A stretch of DNA of 64,000 nucleotides from Octopus sinensis (lineage: Eukaryota), in assembly GCF_006345805.1 (NCBI RefSeq), contig NC_043005.1, positions 30,690,001 through 30,754,000 on the forward strand, read 5' to 3'. Position numbers and translations under genes: made by a program. The stretch's first letter is position 1; every line of letters begins with the position of its first letter. The notes under the pieces were generated by a model. It was not told the origin of the DNA. It was given only the letters and a program-made list of their open reading frames with translations, and ran no database searches. Below are positions 1-12,946 of this stretch, piece after piece.

Positions 1-287
1 ATACATGTTTGGGTCTATTATATTGTGATCTGAGACTAGCATCGGTGTCACTTTCACATTATGGATGAGATCCCTATCGTTTGTGAAGCAGAGATCAAGT
101 ATATTGTTTGTCCTGGTTGGTTAGAATATTATTTGCCCCATGTATAAATTTTTCATGAGGTTGAGCAGGGATTCCACCTGATTTTGTTTGCACCACATTG
201 TTCTTGAGAGGGAAAGACCCTTGGCCCTTTGGGCGTATAATTAATACATAAATGTATATGTACCCTCACACACACACATTAATATAT

Positions 288-684
288 TCTTTTATTCTTT
301 AATTTGTTTCAGTCAGTTGACTGTGGCCATGCTGGAGCACCATCTTTAGTTGAACAAATCAACCCCAGGGCTTAATCTTTATAAGCCAAGTACTTATTCT
401 ATTGGTCTCTTTTTGCTGAACAGCTAAGTTACTGGGATGTAAACACACCAACATAGGTTGTCAAGCAATGGTGGTGGGGGGAACAAACACAGACACACAA
501 ACATACATACACACACATATGTATGACGGGCTTCTTTCAGTTTCTGTCTACCAAATCTACTCACAAGGCTTTGGTTAGCTTGAGGCTCTAGTAGAAGTGA
601 CTTGCCCAAGGTGCCACGCAGTGGGACTGAACCTGGAACCATGTGGTTGATAAGCAAGCTACTTACCACACAGCCACACCTGTG
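288..684 (-). mobile_element. tRNA-derived octopus SINE (family A here; OK/OR1/OR2-class, exact family not assigned), near full length
   Basis: Head GGCTGTGTGGTAAGTAGCTTGCTTATCAACCACATGGTTCCAGGTTCAGTCCC, core GTGAGTAGATTTGGTAGACAGAAACTGAAAGAAG, tail GACTGAAACAAATTAAAGAATAAAA on the minus strand; many copies elsewhere in the window. Confidence 0.9.
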
Positions 685-911
685 TATATATCACACACCA
701 CACACACACACACACACACCACACTCCCAAAGTCACATTACTAACCTTAAACAAATCAATAACTTCAAATAGTGTCACCAGCTTCCTCTGTTGCTATAGT
801 AACTAAATTTCCCTCAACATCCTACTGTCTTTGAAGTGGAGAGCACATGTTTTAAAATCCTATATCTTAAGACTCCACAGGAAAAATAATATAATTCCTA
901 CAAAAACACGG

Positions 912-1080
912 ATTAACCATTTCTGATAATATTTCAGCTGGAATCCACTGCTTTTGTTTCAATTACTTTTGAGAATAATGGAGAATTTAGTAAAATAACT
1001 TTGTTATTTTTAAACTGGTGTTGAAATATAAATTAACATAAATTGACATAACTTGATGGAAGGATTTCATTTAGATCTGT
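912..1080. mobile_element. fragment of a piggyBac-type MITE family related to 51689-52593
   Basis: TTAACCATTTCTGATAATATTTCAG...TTTCAATTACTTTGAGAATAATG resembles the left end of the element at 51689. Confidence 0.45.
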
Positions 1081-1959
1081 TACATGTGAGTCACTAATGT
1101 AAGTTGGAAGGAATGTCTCCTATACGTAATGTGTTCGAGTTGTAACATAATGTGTGTAGTTAGTTTTTTTTAAAAGACAGTTCATAGAAAGAATCCATTT
1201 CCAGTGATTTCTTAAAGAGGCATGACTAAAGAATGTGCAGAAGGCAATTTTATAAAACAAAAACATTGAAATTTATTCAGTAGTGTAATGAGTGCTAGCA
1301 AGTGGTAACAAGGATAAATCATGCTTATGAATAGGAACCAAATATACGTGTATGCAAGACAGGAAAAATCGCATGACACTGAGGTTTATATGAAGCAGAG
1401 TGGAAGCTGATATTAATCAAATGAGCTGCATGTAGTTGGTGGTGGACACAGAAAATGTGACATGTTGAAGAAAGCGATGTTGCTTCTATGCCATCAAATC
1501 CAGCACAGAATGCTCAAGCTCTTCCAAAAAGGCACACGATACTGTTGGGTGGAGTTACACCTCCAGCTGATTGGCTGGAGTCTGCCAAACTACAACTGAA
1601 CTAAACCACAGCAACAAAATAGATCTTTCCTGTCTCGCTACAGATCTCTTTAATGTAGGAAGTTTGTGTCATAGAATTAGGGACATTCTCAGGAGGATTG
1701 GTATTGAAAGGGTTAAATGCTGTCATTTAAGCAGTAAACTCAATAGACATAAAGCATGGCACTAGATAAACGATTGCTCTCAGACATTCAATCTTTTAAA
1801 GGTTTATTCCAATGGAGTTGACTGCAGGTCAATGCAAAACAATTACAAGTGCAACAAGTAGTTCTAAATTTGTGTAAAAAATGTTGAACATCAGCAGATT
1901 GAAGTGTAAAAACAGTAAAAGGGACCTACCTACACCAACTTTTCTATAAGTGTCGGGAA

Positions 1960-2175
1960 AGGCAGAGTGCTGGCAGAATCATTAGCCCGCTGGACAAATT
2001 GCTTAGTGGTATTTCACCCATCACTATGTTCTGAGTTCAAATTCCACCAAGGTCAACTTTGCCGTTCAACCTTTCAGGGTCAATAAATTAAGTACTAGTG
2101 AAATACTGGTGTTAATGTAATCTATTTAATCCCCTCCCCCCAAGCTGCCCTTGTGGCAAAAATTTGAAATCATTA
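1960..2175 (+). mobile_element. tRNA-derived SINE (family B)
   Basis: GCTGGCAGAATCATTAGC head, B box GTTCAAATTCC, core TTTCAGGGTCAATAAATTAAGTAC. Confidence 0.85.
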
Positions 2176-2414
2176 TTAGTGTAGGGATGTCCCAAAATAT
2201 ATCCATTTTCCATTTTGGTAGAATACTTTGCAGGCACACTTTTCTTTCTTTCCATTAAAGATGGATGAAAGTTGAGCCCAAAACAGCTTATAGAAAATAA
2301 GAATTTCACTCCCCTATCACATGGTTTGGGGTTCAGTCCCACTGTGTGGTACCTTCTACTTTAGTCTTGAGATGATCGAAGCCTTGTGAGTGGATTTGGT
2401 AGATGGATAGTTGG

Positions 2415-2600
2415 AATTTACAGAAAAACAAAAGATGAAGAAAGGTGTATAAACAACAAACAGGTGTATTAATTTAATGCTTGAGAAGGTGAGAAAGTCT
2501 TTTACGTTTCGAGCTTACACTCTTCACAAGAAAGGAACACAAGGAAATAAACAGAAAGAGAATAAAAATGCACTTTTGGAGCTAGCAGTCAATCATGGCA
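2415..2600 (-). mobile_element. PLE terminal-repeat fragment with degenerate hammerhead (2499-2534)
   Basis: Minus strand CTTT-CTTGTGA-A-GAG TGTAAG CTC-GAAA-CG-TA-AAAG; same family as 46010-46160. Confidence 0.6.
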
Positions 2601-2759
2601 GGACAGATGGAAACTGAAAGAAACCCATTCTGAATGTATGTATATATGTGTGTGAGAAGGAGGTGTGTGAGAAGGAGGTGTGTGAGAATGAGGTGTGTGA
2701 GGAGGAGGTGTGTGAGTGGTTGGTTCTGCATCCTTGTCATAGCTGTAAATGAGTGTCAC

Positions 2760-2945
2760 TATCATACAACTGATGTCTGCCATTCATTTCCAGTCTTTCG
2801 TGAAAACAAATCTGATGAAAGGGAAATACTAGTTTGCATGCAAGCAAGTGAGGGATGGGAACAGGAAAGGCACCCAGCTGTAGAAAATTAGTCTCAACAA
2901 ATTCCATCTGACCTGTAAAAGTGCTGAAAAGTGGATGTCCAAATT
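2760..2945 (+). mobile_element. RTE-tail-type repeat fragment, followed by (GGT)n
   Basis: GAACAGGAAAGGCACCCAGCTGTAGAAAA motif shared with the RTE 3' UTR family (e.g. 55255-55500, in reverse). Confidence 0.6.
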
Positions 2946-3712
2946 AGTGGTGGTGATGGTGGTGGTGATGGTGGTGGTGGTGGTGGTGGTGGTGGTGGTG
3001 GTGGTGGTGGCAGTGGTGGCGGGTTGGCAGTGGCAATGACAATAGTGCTGACACTGATAATGACTGGCTGATATTTAACTGAGAGAACATGTGTAGCTCT
3101 GATCGTATGAGAGATGTATGATGACCATGATGACGGAAAGCGAGAGACATTATTGATGAAAACCATAGATATAGAGATGGTTTTATAGCTTTAAAGTTAA
3201 TTTAGAGCAAAGATATTGTTTTGTATAGAAAAAGAAATACATAATCAATATCCTTTATGAACATCAATAAAAGGGAAATAAACAGTTGTACTGAATGGAA
3301 GAGTAGATGAATGGAACCCATTTAAAAACCAGTTTAAAATCAGAACAACAGCTTATAATACTTCAATACTTATTAATAAAACAACACTATTATAATTGGT
3401 TCTTGAGAGATAATGTATAATGGAATCAAAGCATTATAGAATAGGGTCTTTTTGCTGAAATCTCTGAATAAATCAGTTGGACTTGAGGAGCTCCCAATAA
3501 CTTAAAACACACAAAGATACTTTGTTACTATATTTATGCTTTGAAAATGACAATATATCCTCTGTATGCAATGATGGGACTCAAAGGGTTCACAACTGTT
3601 CACTTACACTGGTTATTAAAATTACAGAAGTTCATAGAACCGGTTTTTAAATTCTCTGTCTTACAATATAATGACTAACCTTTGTGAGAGAAGCAAACAA
3701 GATGTGTCCCCT

Positions 3713-3801
3713 TCAATGGATGGATAAAATTTGATACAAGTGATCAACTAGTGGCTCCCAAGGGACCAACTTCTGGTCTTCAGAGAAAGGATCGAAGTCA
3801 A
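3713..3801 (-). CDS. candidate terminal coding exon (xDFDPFSEDQKLVPWEPLVDHLYQILSIH*), unidentified protein
   Basis: TTTTTAAG acceptor, open phase-1 frame ending in TGA, unique non-repeat sequence; no homologue recognised. Confidence 0.25.
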
Positions 3802-4204
3802 CTTAAAAATAATTTGTCAAGAGGTTAATCCAGCACAATGTATATAACTTACTTATAATTAATTTAATACACTGAACACATAAATGATTATCTTAGTTTA
3901 CAAATGCATATGCATACGCAAGTGTGTGTGCATGTGAGTATGTAAAAATCTGAGGGTTATATATTATCCTTATTTGTATATTTTCTGTTAGTATGTGTAT
4001 GAGGGTATTGATTATGTTCCTTTAGAGAAGCAAGTACACTCTTTAGTTTCATGCATTGGACACCCTTTAGTTCCTTGTTCTAAGAAAGTCTATGGGTATT
4101 TGGTTCTATCTCCTTTGTTCACCACATGACAAATACCAAGCCAGATACCTGCCCCCAATGCAAATTCACCTAAACAAAGTTCATGCATCCAATTAATAAT
4201 GTTT

Positions 4205-4425
4205 TCTGATACAGATGCAAGGATAGCCATTTCGAGGGGAGGGGATAAGTCAATTACATCAACCTCAATATTTGACCTTTACTTTATTTCCTTAAACCCA
4301 GATCTATAAAAGACAAAGTTGACCTTGATGTGATTTGAACTAAAAGTATAAAATACCAGAACAAATACCGCAAGGCATATTTTACTGGTGCTCTAATGTT
4401 TCTGCCAGCTTACTGCCTTAATAAT
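4205..4425 (-). mobile_element. SINE family B, diverged
   Basis: Reverse complement of the family B head and core. Confidence 0.75.
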
Positions 4426-4620
4426 CCAATTAATCTAATTAATAATATATGGCTCTCAATTCAACTTCTATTAATCCACCCTATGAGTACAAATCACTCG
4501 TTAAAAAGCACTCAATCCATAGACCTGAGTACATAAATAGTGTCTACAACAGCAGAACTCTGAGCCTCACAAAGCATCAATGGAATTTCAATTTCAAAGT
4601 CACTATCAAATTTTTTTCTT

Positions 4621-4662
<42 letters not shown>

Positions 4663-4672
4663 ATGCGTGCAT

Positions 4673-4833
4673 AGGCACAAACATGGCTGCGTAGTTAAGA
4701 AGCACACTTTGTAACCATGTGGATTTAGGTTCAGTTCCAATGCCCAATACCTTGGACAAGTGTCTTCTACAATAGCCCCAAGCCATCAAATGCCTTATGA
4801 ATGAATTCGGTAGACAGAAGCACTGTGGAAGCC
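4673..4833 (+). mobile_element. SINE family A-like 5' half
   Basis: ATGGCTGCGTAGTTAAGAAG...GGTTCAGTTCC...CCTTGGACAAGTGTCTTCTAC. Confidence 0.75.
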
Positions 4834-4845
4834 AAATATATATAC

Positions 4846-4884
<39 letters not shown>

Positions 4885-5010
4885 ATATATATTCTATATA
4901 TATATAGCTATCAGTAACAATATAGGGTGAAATTAATTATTTGGAATAATCATCAATTCACCAAGTAGATCTCGGCATGTAAAAGCCTCATTCGAGGAAA
5001 GTTTAAGTAA

Positions 5011-5229
5011 TACTAAGTAATTAAGGGTTTAGCAACGAATTGCCTCACCACCACCGATTTAGAAATAGCAGCAAAGAGTTATAGCTATTCCTTCTACTAA
5101 AGGGAGATCTCAGTAAAAACTGTTTTACTGAGATCTCCTTTTAGTAGAAGGAATAGCTATAACTCTTGACTGCTATTCTAAATTCGTGTTGTGGTGAGGC
5201 AATTCGTTGCTAACCTTTAATACTTAGTA
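5011..5229. repeat. fold-back palindrome (about 108-bp arms, 4-nt loop) within a TA-flanked repeat
   Basis: GAGTTATAGCTATTCCTTCTACTAAAGGGAGATCTCAGTAAAA-ACTG-TTTTACTGAGATCTCCTTTTAGTAGAAGGAATAGCTATAACTC. Confidence 0.95.
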
Positions 5230-5242
5230 TATATATATATAT

Positions 5243-5283
<41 letters not shown>

Positions 5284-5627
5284 CATACATACATAAATAT
5301 ATATATATATATATATATGTAAGTATGTATGTATGTATGTAGGTATGTATGTATGTAGTTGTATGTAGGTATGTATGTATGGATGTATGTATGTATGCAG
5401 TATGTATGTATGTATATAGCATTCTACAATGTTTTTATCCAACTTTATTCAACTACCACTTATTGGTCATTTTTTAATGAACTCTATTACCCTTTGATGT
5501 AAGGCTTTGTTTCCACACCAGGAATTTCTTTCCTAATTCTACTATCGATCTAGTTATAAGGTCATCAGCAGAGAGAAGTTTCCGTAGGCAGCCAATCTTA
5601 AACAAGCAAATATGTGTGTGTGTGTGT

Positions 5628-5860
5628 GCATAGCCAAGTAGTTAGGGTGTTGCATACATAATCAAGTGATTGTGATTTCAATTCTTAGACTGGGTAGTGT
5701 GTTGTGTTCTTAAGCAATATACTTCATGTCATATTGCTCTGACGTATGGTACACAGTGCACCTGTTCAGATAACATCGATTTGATGGAGGGACAGGTGAG
5801 CTAATGTGCAGCATGGCCATTTGATCACTATAAACAAATCATTGGTGCAGGTTGTGCAAC
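5628..5860 (+). mobile_element. diverged tRNA-headed SINE
   Basis: A-box-like TAGCCAAGTAGTTAGG and a TGTTGTGTTCTTAAGCAATATACTT core-like segment. Confidence 0.55.
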
Positions 5861-5912
5861 AAAAACTAAACACTCATGTAGCATCTTCAATGGCAGAGTC
5901 CATCATCATATA

Positions 5913-5965
<53 letters not shown>

Positions 5966-6128
5966 GTAAGCAGAGTTAGTGGTTGTAGTAACCGACTAAG
6001 ATAATAGTATTCTGTATTTACTACCTGTATCATTTACCTGTGCTATCCTTGGGCATGGGTATGATGCAAGCACGCTATGCTCATAGGGTAGAGGTAATAA
6101 CTGAATAAACAAAAGTTTATCAGAAATC

Positions 6129-6316
6129 AAATTTAAATAAGCAGAAAATGGAAAAACTTTTGATCAACAAACAAATTAAACCACAATGATTGATTATTTT
6201 TTAATACAAAACATGACATGTCATGTTATGTCATGTTTGTATTAAAAAATAATCAATCCTTGTGGTTCAATTTGTTGTTGATCAAAAGTTTTTCCACTTT
6301 CTGCTTATTTAAATTT
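6129..6316. repeat. fold-back palindrome (about 90-bp arms)
   Basis: AAATTTAAATAAGCAGAAA...ACATGACAT / ATGTCATGT...TTTCTGCTTATTTAAATTT; about 5 differences between arms. Confidence 0.95.
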
Positions 6317-6426
6317 TATATCTATTATCTATCTATCTATCTATCTATATAAATATATAATATATATATATAGACCAAGAGAGAAGGTGGAGATAAGATT
6401 AGAGGTTTATATATCCTCACTTGTAC

Positions 6427-6480
<54 letters not shown>

Positions 6481-6779
6481 GCAACAAAAAGAGTACATGG
6501 AATTTGCCATGGGCTGTGGAGTATCCAACATTTTGGACAGTCTTTCTGCAAAAGTTGACATGACAGTAAGTAAAGGAAGAAAACAGCAGAGTTGTACATT
6601 GTCTATATTTGAGCAAAGGCATGCAAATGATGGGAAATTCAAAACACAGTTATCTTGCATTTATAAATAAGAAGTTGTAGGAGAGAGAAGAAGAAGAAGA
6701 AAGCAATGACCAGAGGAAGAGAAGCTGGTGAGGGTGAGTGAGAGGGAAAGGTTGAGGTGAGATGGGTGCCAAAAATATA

Positions 6780-7400
6780 AGAATGGAATCACAGAACAAA
6801 AAGGAGTGAAGGGAAAATGTTTATGTAACCCTGCCAGAATCATGGTTCCAAGTTTGAATGTGGAATGTTTCTTCTATATATGGGTAATGGAATGGTTCAT
6901 TTTGTTAAAATGGGTGGTGACAGGCTTGCCAGGAATGTGCACTAGCATGCTTCAAATGGTGCTCATGAAAGGGACCAGCAAGGTGACATTCCCTTTCCTC
7001 AATGCACTGTAAATGGGAACTATAATGCTGGTTACTATGAGGTTGCTAAGGTTCCTATCTAAAAAGGGATGATGCAAGAAAGATCAGAGCAGGGTCAAAG
7101 AGTAGGAGTTAGAAGTTGCAGATGAGTGTAATCTTCAAAGGGAAGTTGGATGAATGGAAGAGGAGGGAGAGAGAAGAAATTTAATGTATAGGTATGTGTA
7201 GAAAGGGTAGAAAAGCAGTAGTGAGGTCAATGACCTGGTCCCTATAATGTGCAAAGTCTACAAATGACCAAGGGTAGCTTTGATTGGGATTCAAGACCCA
7301 GTTCAGTGCTGCAGAGTGGGCAAAGCTGGAAAAATTGAGAAAATGGTAAAGCAGCTTTAGTCTACTGGAGATGAGAAGGGAACTCTTTTCATCTCCCAAT
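6780..7400 (-). mobile_element. decayed PLE GIY-YIG/3' region
   Basis: Broken minus-strand frames LQCIEERECHLAGPFHEH (like YIGETGRRLADRFREH), KPVTTHFNKMNHSI and TFKLGTMILAGL. Confidence 0.55.
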
Positions 7401-7453
7401 TCCTTAAACATACTACCACCCTACCACCGGACTCCTCAGATTCTGTTTTATCT

Positions 7454-7518
7454 TACACACACACACACACACACACACACTCTCACTCACTCACACACAT
7501 GCACACACACGCACACGT

Positions 7519-7585
<67 letters not shown>

Positions 7586-7738
7586 CGCTCACTCACACAC
7601 ATGCACACACATGCACACGTGCATACACTCACTCACACATACACACACACATGCACTCACACACATGCACATGTACACATTCTCACACATACACATGCAC
7701 TCACACACATGCACACATTCTCACACATACACATAAAT

Positions 7739-7774
<36 letters not shown>

Positions 7775-7800
7775 ATGCACTCACACACACACAACGCACA
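7454..7800. repeat. (CA)n compound microsatellite
   Basis: Direct reading. Confidence 0.95.
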
Positions 7801-7974
7801 TATGTTGGTGTAGAAAACTTTATCTGATTACAAGTTTGAACCTGTTGAAAGCTGTTTATTATAAAATTTATAAACCTCGATGGCATTTACTGATGCTAAT
7901 CATTTCATGATGATTTATCAGAGCAACAAGCATATTTTAAGATGATAATTTTCAATATGAAGAATCTCTCATGG

Positions 7975-8870
7975 AATCAAGCAAAGACCAATCACATTAT
8001 GCTTTAATAGTTTCAAGATTCTACAGCAAGTGAAACAGTGAAATATGTCTGAAAAGATCCAGAAAATGAAAGGACTTTCAGAAAGAGGTCTCAAAATTTC
8101 AAATTTGGCAATTTTAATTTGTTTGACAAGCATAAATCAGGACATTCTTCCAAATTGGATGATGAATTGCTTGAGACAACGCTTGCAAGGAATCTTGTTA
8201 TAAAAGTGATTGAACTTTTCACTGAATTGGTATTATAACCAATTCTAATCATTTAGAGAATCAAGGAAAAATTTCAAAGTGGAGAAAATAGACACTCCAT
8301 AATCTTTCAACAACAAAGCCTCCAAGTCTTGACTTCCAGGAATCACTCTAAAGATGTAACCTCCAAACACTATCTTTAAACCGAATCATGATTGGAAGAG
8401 AGAAATATCACCTTCATGGGGTGGGGTGGAGTGGGGGTGGGGCGGGGGCTTCACTAACAGAAACTTATATTGAACATTCAGTTGCAACAGGAAGGAATTA
8501 TTCAGTATGAGATTTTAAGATTAAATCTAACAATATCTTCTGAAGTCTACTGTTAGCAACTTCATTGCTCGAAGACTGTTTTGGATAGAAAATGTCCTGC
8601 CTAAATACACTGCTTCACTTCCCACTGTTGAAGATAGTAAACAAATATTTTGGAATTGTCCAGATGGGAAAAACATGCTACACCCTCCATATTCTCCTAA
8701 CCTTGCTCCACCAGACTTCCATTTATTTGATGAGGAAAATATGGCCAGCATGGATGACATAAAACATAAATTAAATATATTAATTCAAAACACAAGGAAT
8801 TTTTTATATCAAGCATTCAAAAATTTACTTAAAAATTGAGAGAAATGATAGAAAATTAAGGAAATCATAA
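7975..8870 (+). pseudogene. decayed mariner transposase
   Basis: FKFGNFNLFDKHKSGHSSKLDDELL (HTH linker) and LHPPYSPNLAPPDFHLF (YSPDLAP motif). Confidence 0.75.
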
Positions 8871-9074
8871 ATCATAAATCATAAATCATAAACTAAGGAA
8901 ATCATAAAGCTAATTAAATTTGCAGTATTAAATATCATGGCTGAACATCTAAATATATACTACAAATACAACAGGACTTTCTATGCACCACACACGTATC
9001 CACACACACACATACGTGCACACGCACACATGCACATATATTGATATATAATATAGTTTTATATATATGCATAT

Positions 9075-9400
9075 CTTCATCATCATCATCATCATCATCA
9101 TCATTAACATCCCCTTTTCCATGCTTGCATGGGTTGGACAGAATTCGTTGAGGCAGATTTTCTACAGTTGGATGCCCTTCATGTTGCCAACACTCATCTA
9201 TTTCCAAGCAAGGTAACTATTTCCCCATTGCCAAGCAAGTTCTTGTAGAATGTTGAAAATAAATGACACTGCTTCTATGACAGTGGCACTCATTTACAGC
9301 CATCATACACACACACACATGTATACAATAGGCTTCTTTCTGTTTTCATCAACCAAATCCACTCACAAAGCTTTAGCCAGCTTGGGACTATAGCAGGAGA
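9075..9400 (-). mobile_element. RTE-tail-type repeat with (CAT)n tail plus SINE A fragment
   Basis: CATCAT..TTAACATCCCCTTTTCCATGCTTGCATGGGTTGGAC. Confidence 0.75.
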
Positions 9401-9414
9401 CAGACGGACAGACA

Positions 9415-9435
9415 GACAGATAAATAGATGGAGAT

Positions 9436-9473
<38 letters not shown>

Positions 9474-9488
9474 CAGAGATAGACAGAC

Positions 9489-9551
<63 letters not shown>

Positions 9552-9675
9552 CAGACAGATACATACATACATATATACATACATACATACATACATATAT
9601 ACATACATACATACATACATACATAGGAAGGTAAATCGATAGATAGATAGATAAATAGATAGATAGATATAGATA
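9415..9675. repeat. (AGAT)n/(ACAT)n compound microsatellite
   Basis: Direct reading. Confidence 0.95.
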
Positions 9676-10052
9676 GAAGTAATACTTGTTGCCATTTCAA
9701 CAAGGCTGTTCCATACAAACCGACATTACTACATGGCCTTACTACATGAAGTGGCAGCAAACCTTACTTCTCAGTATAGTTAATACTTTCGTCTCTTTTA
9801 GAGGTTTTCTGACTAACTATTTTCCTTTATACACACACATCCTTATGGGGAAGGCCAGTTTATAGGGTTACCTTAGGTTTCCTGTCCATAAAGGGTTTAA
9901 CTTTATGGCATATTGTCAGATCCCAAAACCTGTTGGCCCAAGACCTCTTAAAAAAAGGCCCTTAAACCAACCTTCCCCATTTTTAATATATACTGCTCTA
10001 TATCTTAGAGTGTGCTTCTTTCGGATTTATGTTTCTTACAGACAATATATAT

Positions 10053-10085
<33 letters not shown>

Positions 10086-10811
10086 GTATTTGAAAAAATA
10101 GTACTTGAATACTGAAGGTAGAGTAATATGCATTTTTTATGAAAGCTGCAAAAACATCTCAAACTGTTTCTCAGAATTTTACGTTGCCATTCTCTCCCTC
10201 TCATATTCCTAGCCTTTCTCTTTTTCCTTCAACCCTTTCTTCTTTTTCTCTGTCGCTCTCTCTCCCTCTCTCTCTTGCTACTTTCCTCCTCAGCCCATCA
10301 CTGTCACATGACCCATGGACAGTTCCCCTTTTTCTTCCTTTCTTACACTGGTCCCGCAGCTGACCATTCACAAATTCTCTGTCTCTCCATTCGCCATCCT
10401 TCAAGACATTCTAAGCGTTACCCTCGATTTTCATCTCTTGGGCCCCAAGGCCATATTTTGTTCGACTGCTCATTCTCATCCATTGTCCTAAATCCCATCC
10501 TGTGCCATTTTGCTTGTTTTGTTTTGTTTTACTCTCATCCCTAATTCTCTGCAACAAAACATCTTTGCAGGCACAGCCAATTCGGAAACACTCAGTCTTA
10601 CGGTGCAAAACTGAGTACCACCAGTTTTGTGTAGTCAACAAAATCAAAAACAAACAATACACATGCACGAAATTAAAAATACAAAATGGTGACAATTTAT
10701 CCATCACACCCTGTATACACACATATATATATATACACACACACATCTTATTTTCTATCTCTATTTCATATCTTATCTGAATTAACTATTGCTTAACCAT
10801 CTGCTCACACC

Positions 10812-10859
10812 GTCTCTGATGAAGGGATATAATAAATATCCTAGAAACAGCTGTAAGAC
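10812..10859 (+). ncRNA. type-I minimal hammerhead ribozyme in a PLE terminal-repeat fragment (about 10780-10915)
   Basis: GTCT-CTGATGA-A GGGATA TAATAAA TATCCT A-GAAA-CAGCTG-TA-AGAC; GUA cleavage triplet; palindromic stem III. Confidence 0.8.
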
Positions 10860-11084
10860 CTTCAATTTATAAATATTCTAAAATCTTCACAGCCTTGGTT
10901 TTTTATCTCATTAAGAAAAAAAAAATTTTATATACACACGCTGATATATGACCTACATTGGACTCCTTATTCACATAATCACCTGGAACTTAACTATGGT
11001 CTATCTATAGCACTTACTCAGCACATTACCTGACACCTTTGGGTTTCACTGACATCATTACCTCTCATAACCTATATATATATA

Positions 11085-11245
11085 TATATATAATAATAAA
11101 TATTAGGGAATAAATCCAAATTTACAGGGAAAAAATCAGATTTAGGATTAAATCCAATTTTATAGTAAAATATTATAAAATATTATTAGAGACAAAACCA
11201 CTATTTTGCAAAACAAACAAGGAAAAACTTAACATATAAGCCTCA
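11085..11245 (+). repeat. AT-rich TA-associated repeat (probably PLE-derived); inverted copy at 17937-18100
   Basis: TAAATATTAGGGAATAAATCCAAATTTACAGGG...; about 90% identical to the reverse complement of 17937-18100. Confidence 0.8.
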
Positions 11246-12393
11246 ACATATACACCGGAGATTCGCTTTCACATCCGTGCGGATGGGTGAGATTATACAT
11301 TGAGTGTAGTGATGGGGCTCCCATTACTATACACATTTGTACCTGTGTGGTTAGTCTCCATGTGTATATTCACGCACGGGTATAAATGCAGGGGGTACAC
11401 GCGCACGACATGTACGTGTACCCCCTCACATGTACATATGCATGCTAGTTGGGCTCGATATGTGCAACAATGTAATCGCGCCCGATACATGCATATGGGC
11501 GAGTTGCACAATCAAAAACGCACACGTGTGTGTGTGCGTTCCCTGGTTGTGCAATTCACCCATCTGGGTGTGAGTGGGTGTAAGCGTATTGCTGTGGATG
11601 TCGAGCTTGATACGTATGTATATGAGTGTGTATTGGGGGGTTGTACGTATTTATTGTGTGCATGTGCTTCACGCACGTGCGTCCATGTATGGATGAATAA
11701 TTGGGATTGCTATGTGGGTGTAAATTGGGTATGGAGGGGGAGTTTTGTATTGTATGGGTTGTAGGTTTCATTTGTGATGGTGGTTTGTTGGTGATTTTAA
11801 TATGTTCTGTATATTTATATATATATACATATATAGATAGATATACACAAACACACACACACACACAGCTTAAATTCTGCATTATTTTGAAGGATTTTTT
11901 TGCATTTTGCATTAATGCAGATATGTAAGTAATTCGTTTATTATTAAGTATAATAATATAAATTATTCACATGTTTTTAAGTTACAAAACAATTTGTTGT
12001 AATATTAGAATTTTCTTATTGTCAAATAAAATTTCATTATACCATTTCTCTCATTATTTATAACTTTATACAGTCCTTATCATGTTCTCTTATATCGCAC
12101 TATACACTGAATATGCTTTGTAGAATAATACATTAAGGAGCTGTTTTTATGAGTACTGCTGGATTACTTGAACCCATATATTTTGGCTTAAATTTATGTG
12201 TGTGTGTGTATGTGTGTGTGTGTATGTGTGCGTATGTATGTATATATGTATATACATATATCATCATCATCATCATCATTTAGCGTCCGCTTTCCATGCA
12301 TTGAAATTTAAGTACCAGTTGAGTGCTGGGGGTCAATGTAATCGACTAGCCCCTTCTTGCGAAATTGCTGGCCTTGTGCCAAAATTTGAAACC

Positions 12394-12439
<46 letters not shown>

Positions 12440-12477
12440 CTAGTAGTAGTAGTAGTACTAGTAGTAGTAGTAGTAGA
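12394..12477. repeat. (TAG)n microsatellite tail after a SINE B fragment
   Basis: Direct reading. Confidence 0.9.
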
Positions 12478-12915
12478 CTAGTTAATCATGTAACCAATTG
12501 ACTTATTGATTTCTTGAATAATTATTTGGCCAATCAACCATCTAGGTTTGTCAAAGTCCTTTTTTCATTGCTGTTTGCAAACTCATCAACGACATATACT
12601 CTCTACTCCAAGTTTGCTTGATTGATTGATCAAACAATTATTTATTTAATTGGTTAAGCAGTTGACTAGTTGACTGATGACAATAAAAGAACTGAAATAG
12701 AAACAGTGTGTGTGTGTGTGTTTCTTATTGGTATGATGGCCCTCCCAAGATACAACAAAAACTCAATATGCAATTAGCAATAAGTTAGGATATCTAATGT
12801 TGTGACATGATAAATAGGGGATTATCAAGAATCTAAGAAAAATCACATCAAAAGAATATGAAAACACTCATTTAGCATCAGCTTAATACATGTATCTATG
12901 TGTGTGTGTGTGTGT

Positions 12916-12946
<31 letters not shown>

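Noticed and set aside
7371-7813. ORFs of 100-150 aa rich in HT, CV, YI or MYVC repeats (also about 9290, 13035, 14457, 15314, 43826, 46830, 47573, 60433)
   Set aside because: Translations of microsatellites, open only because the repeats lack stop codons.
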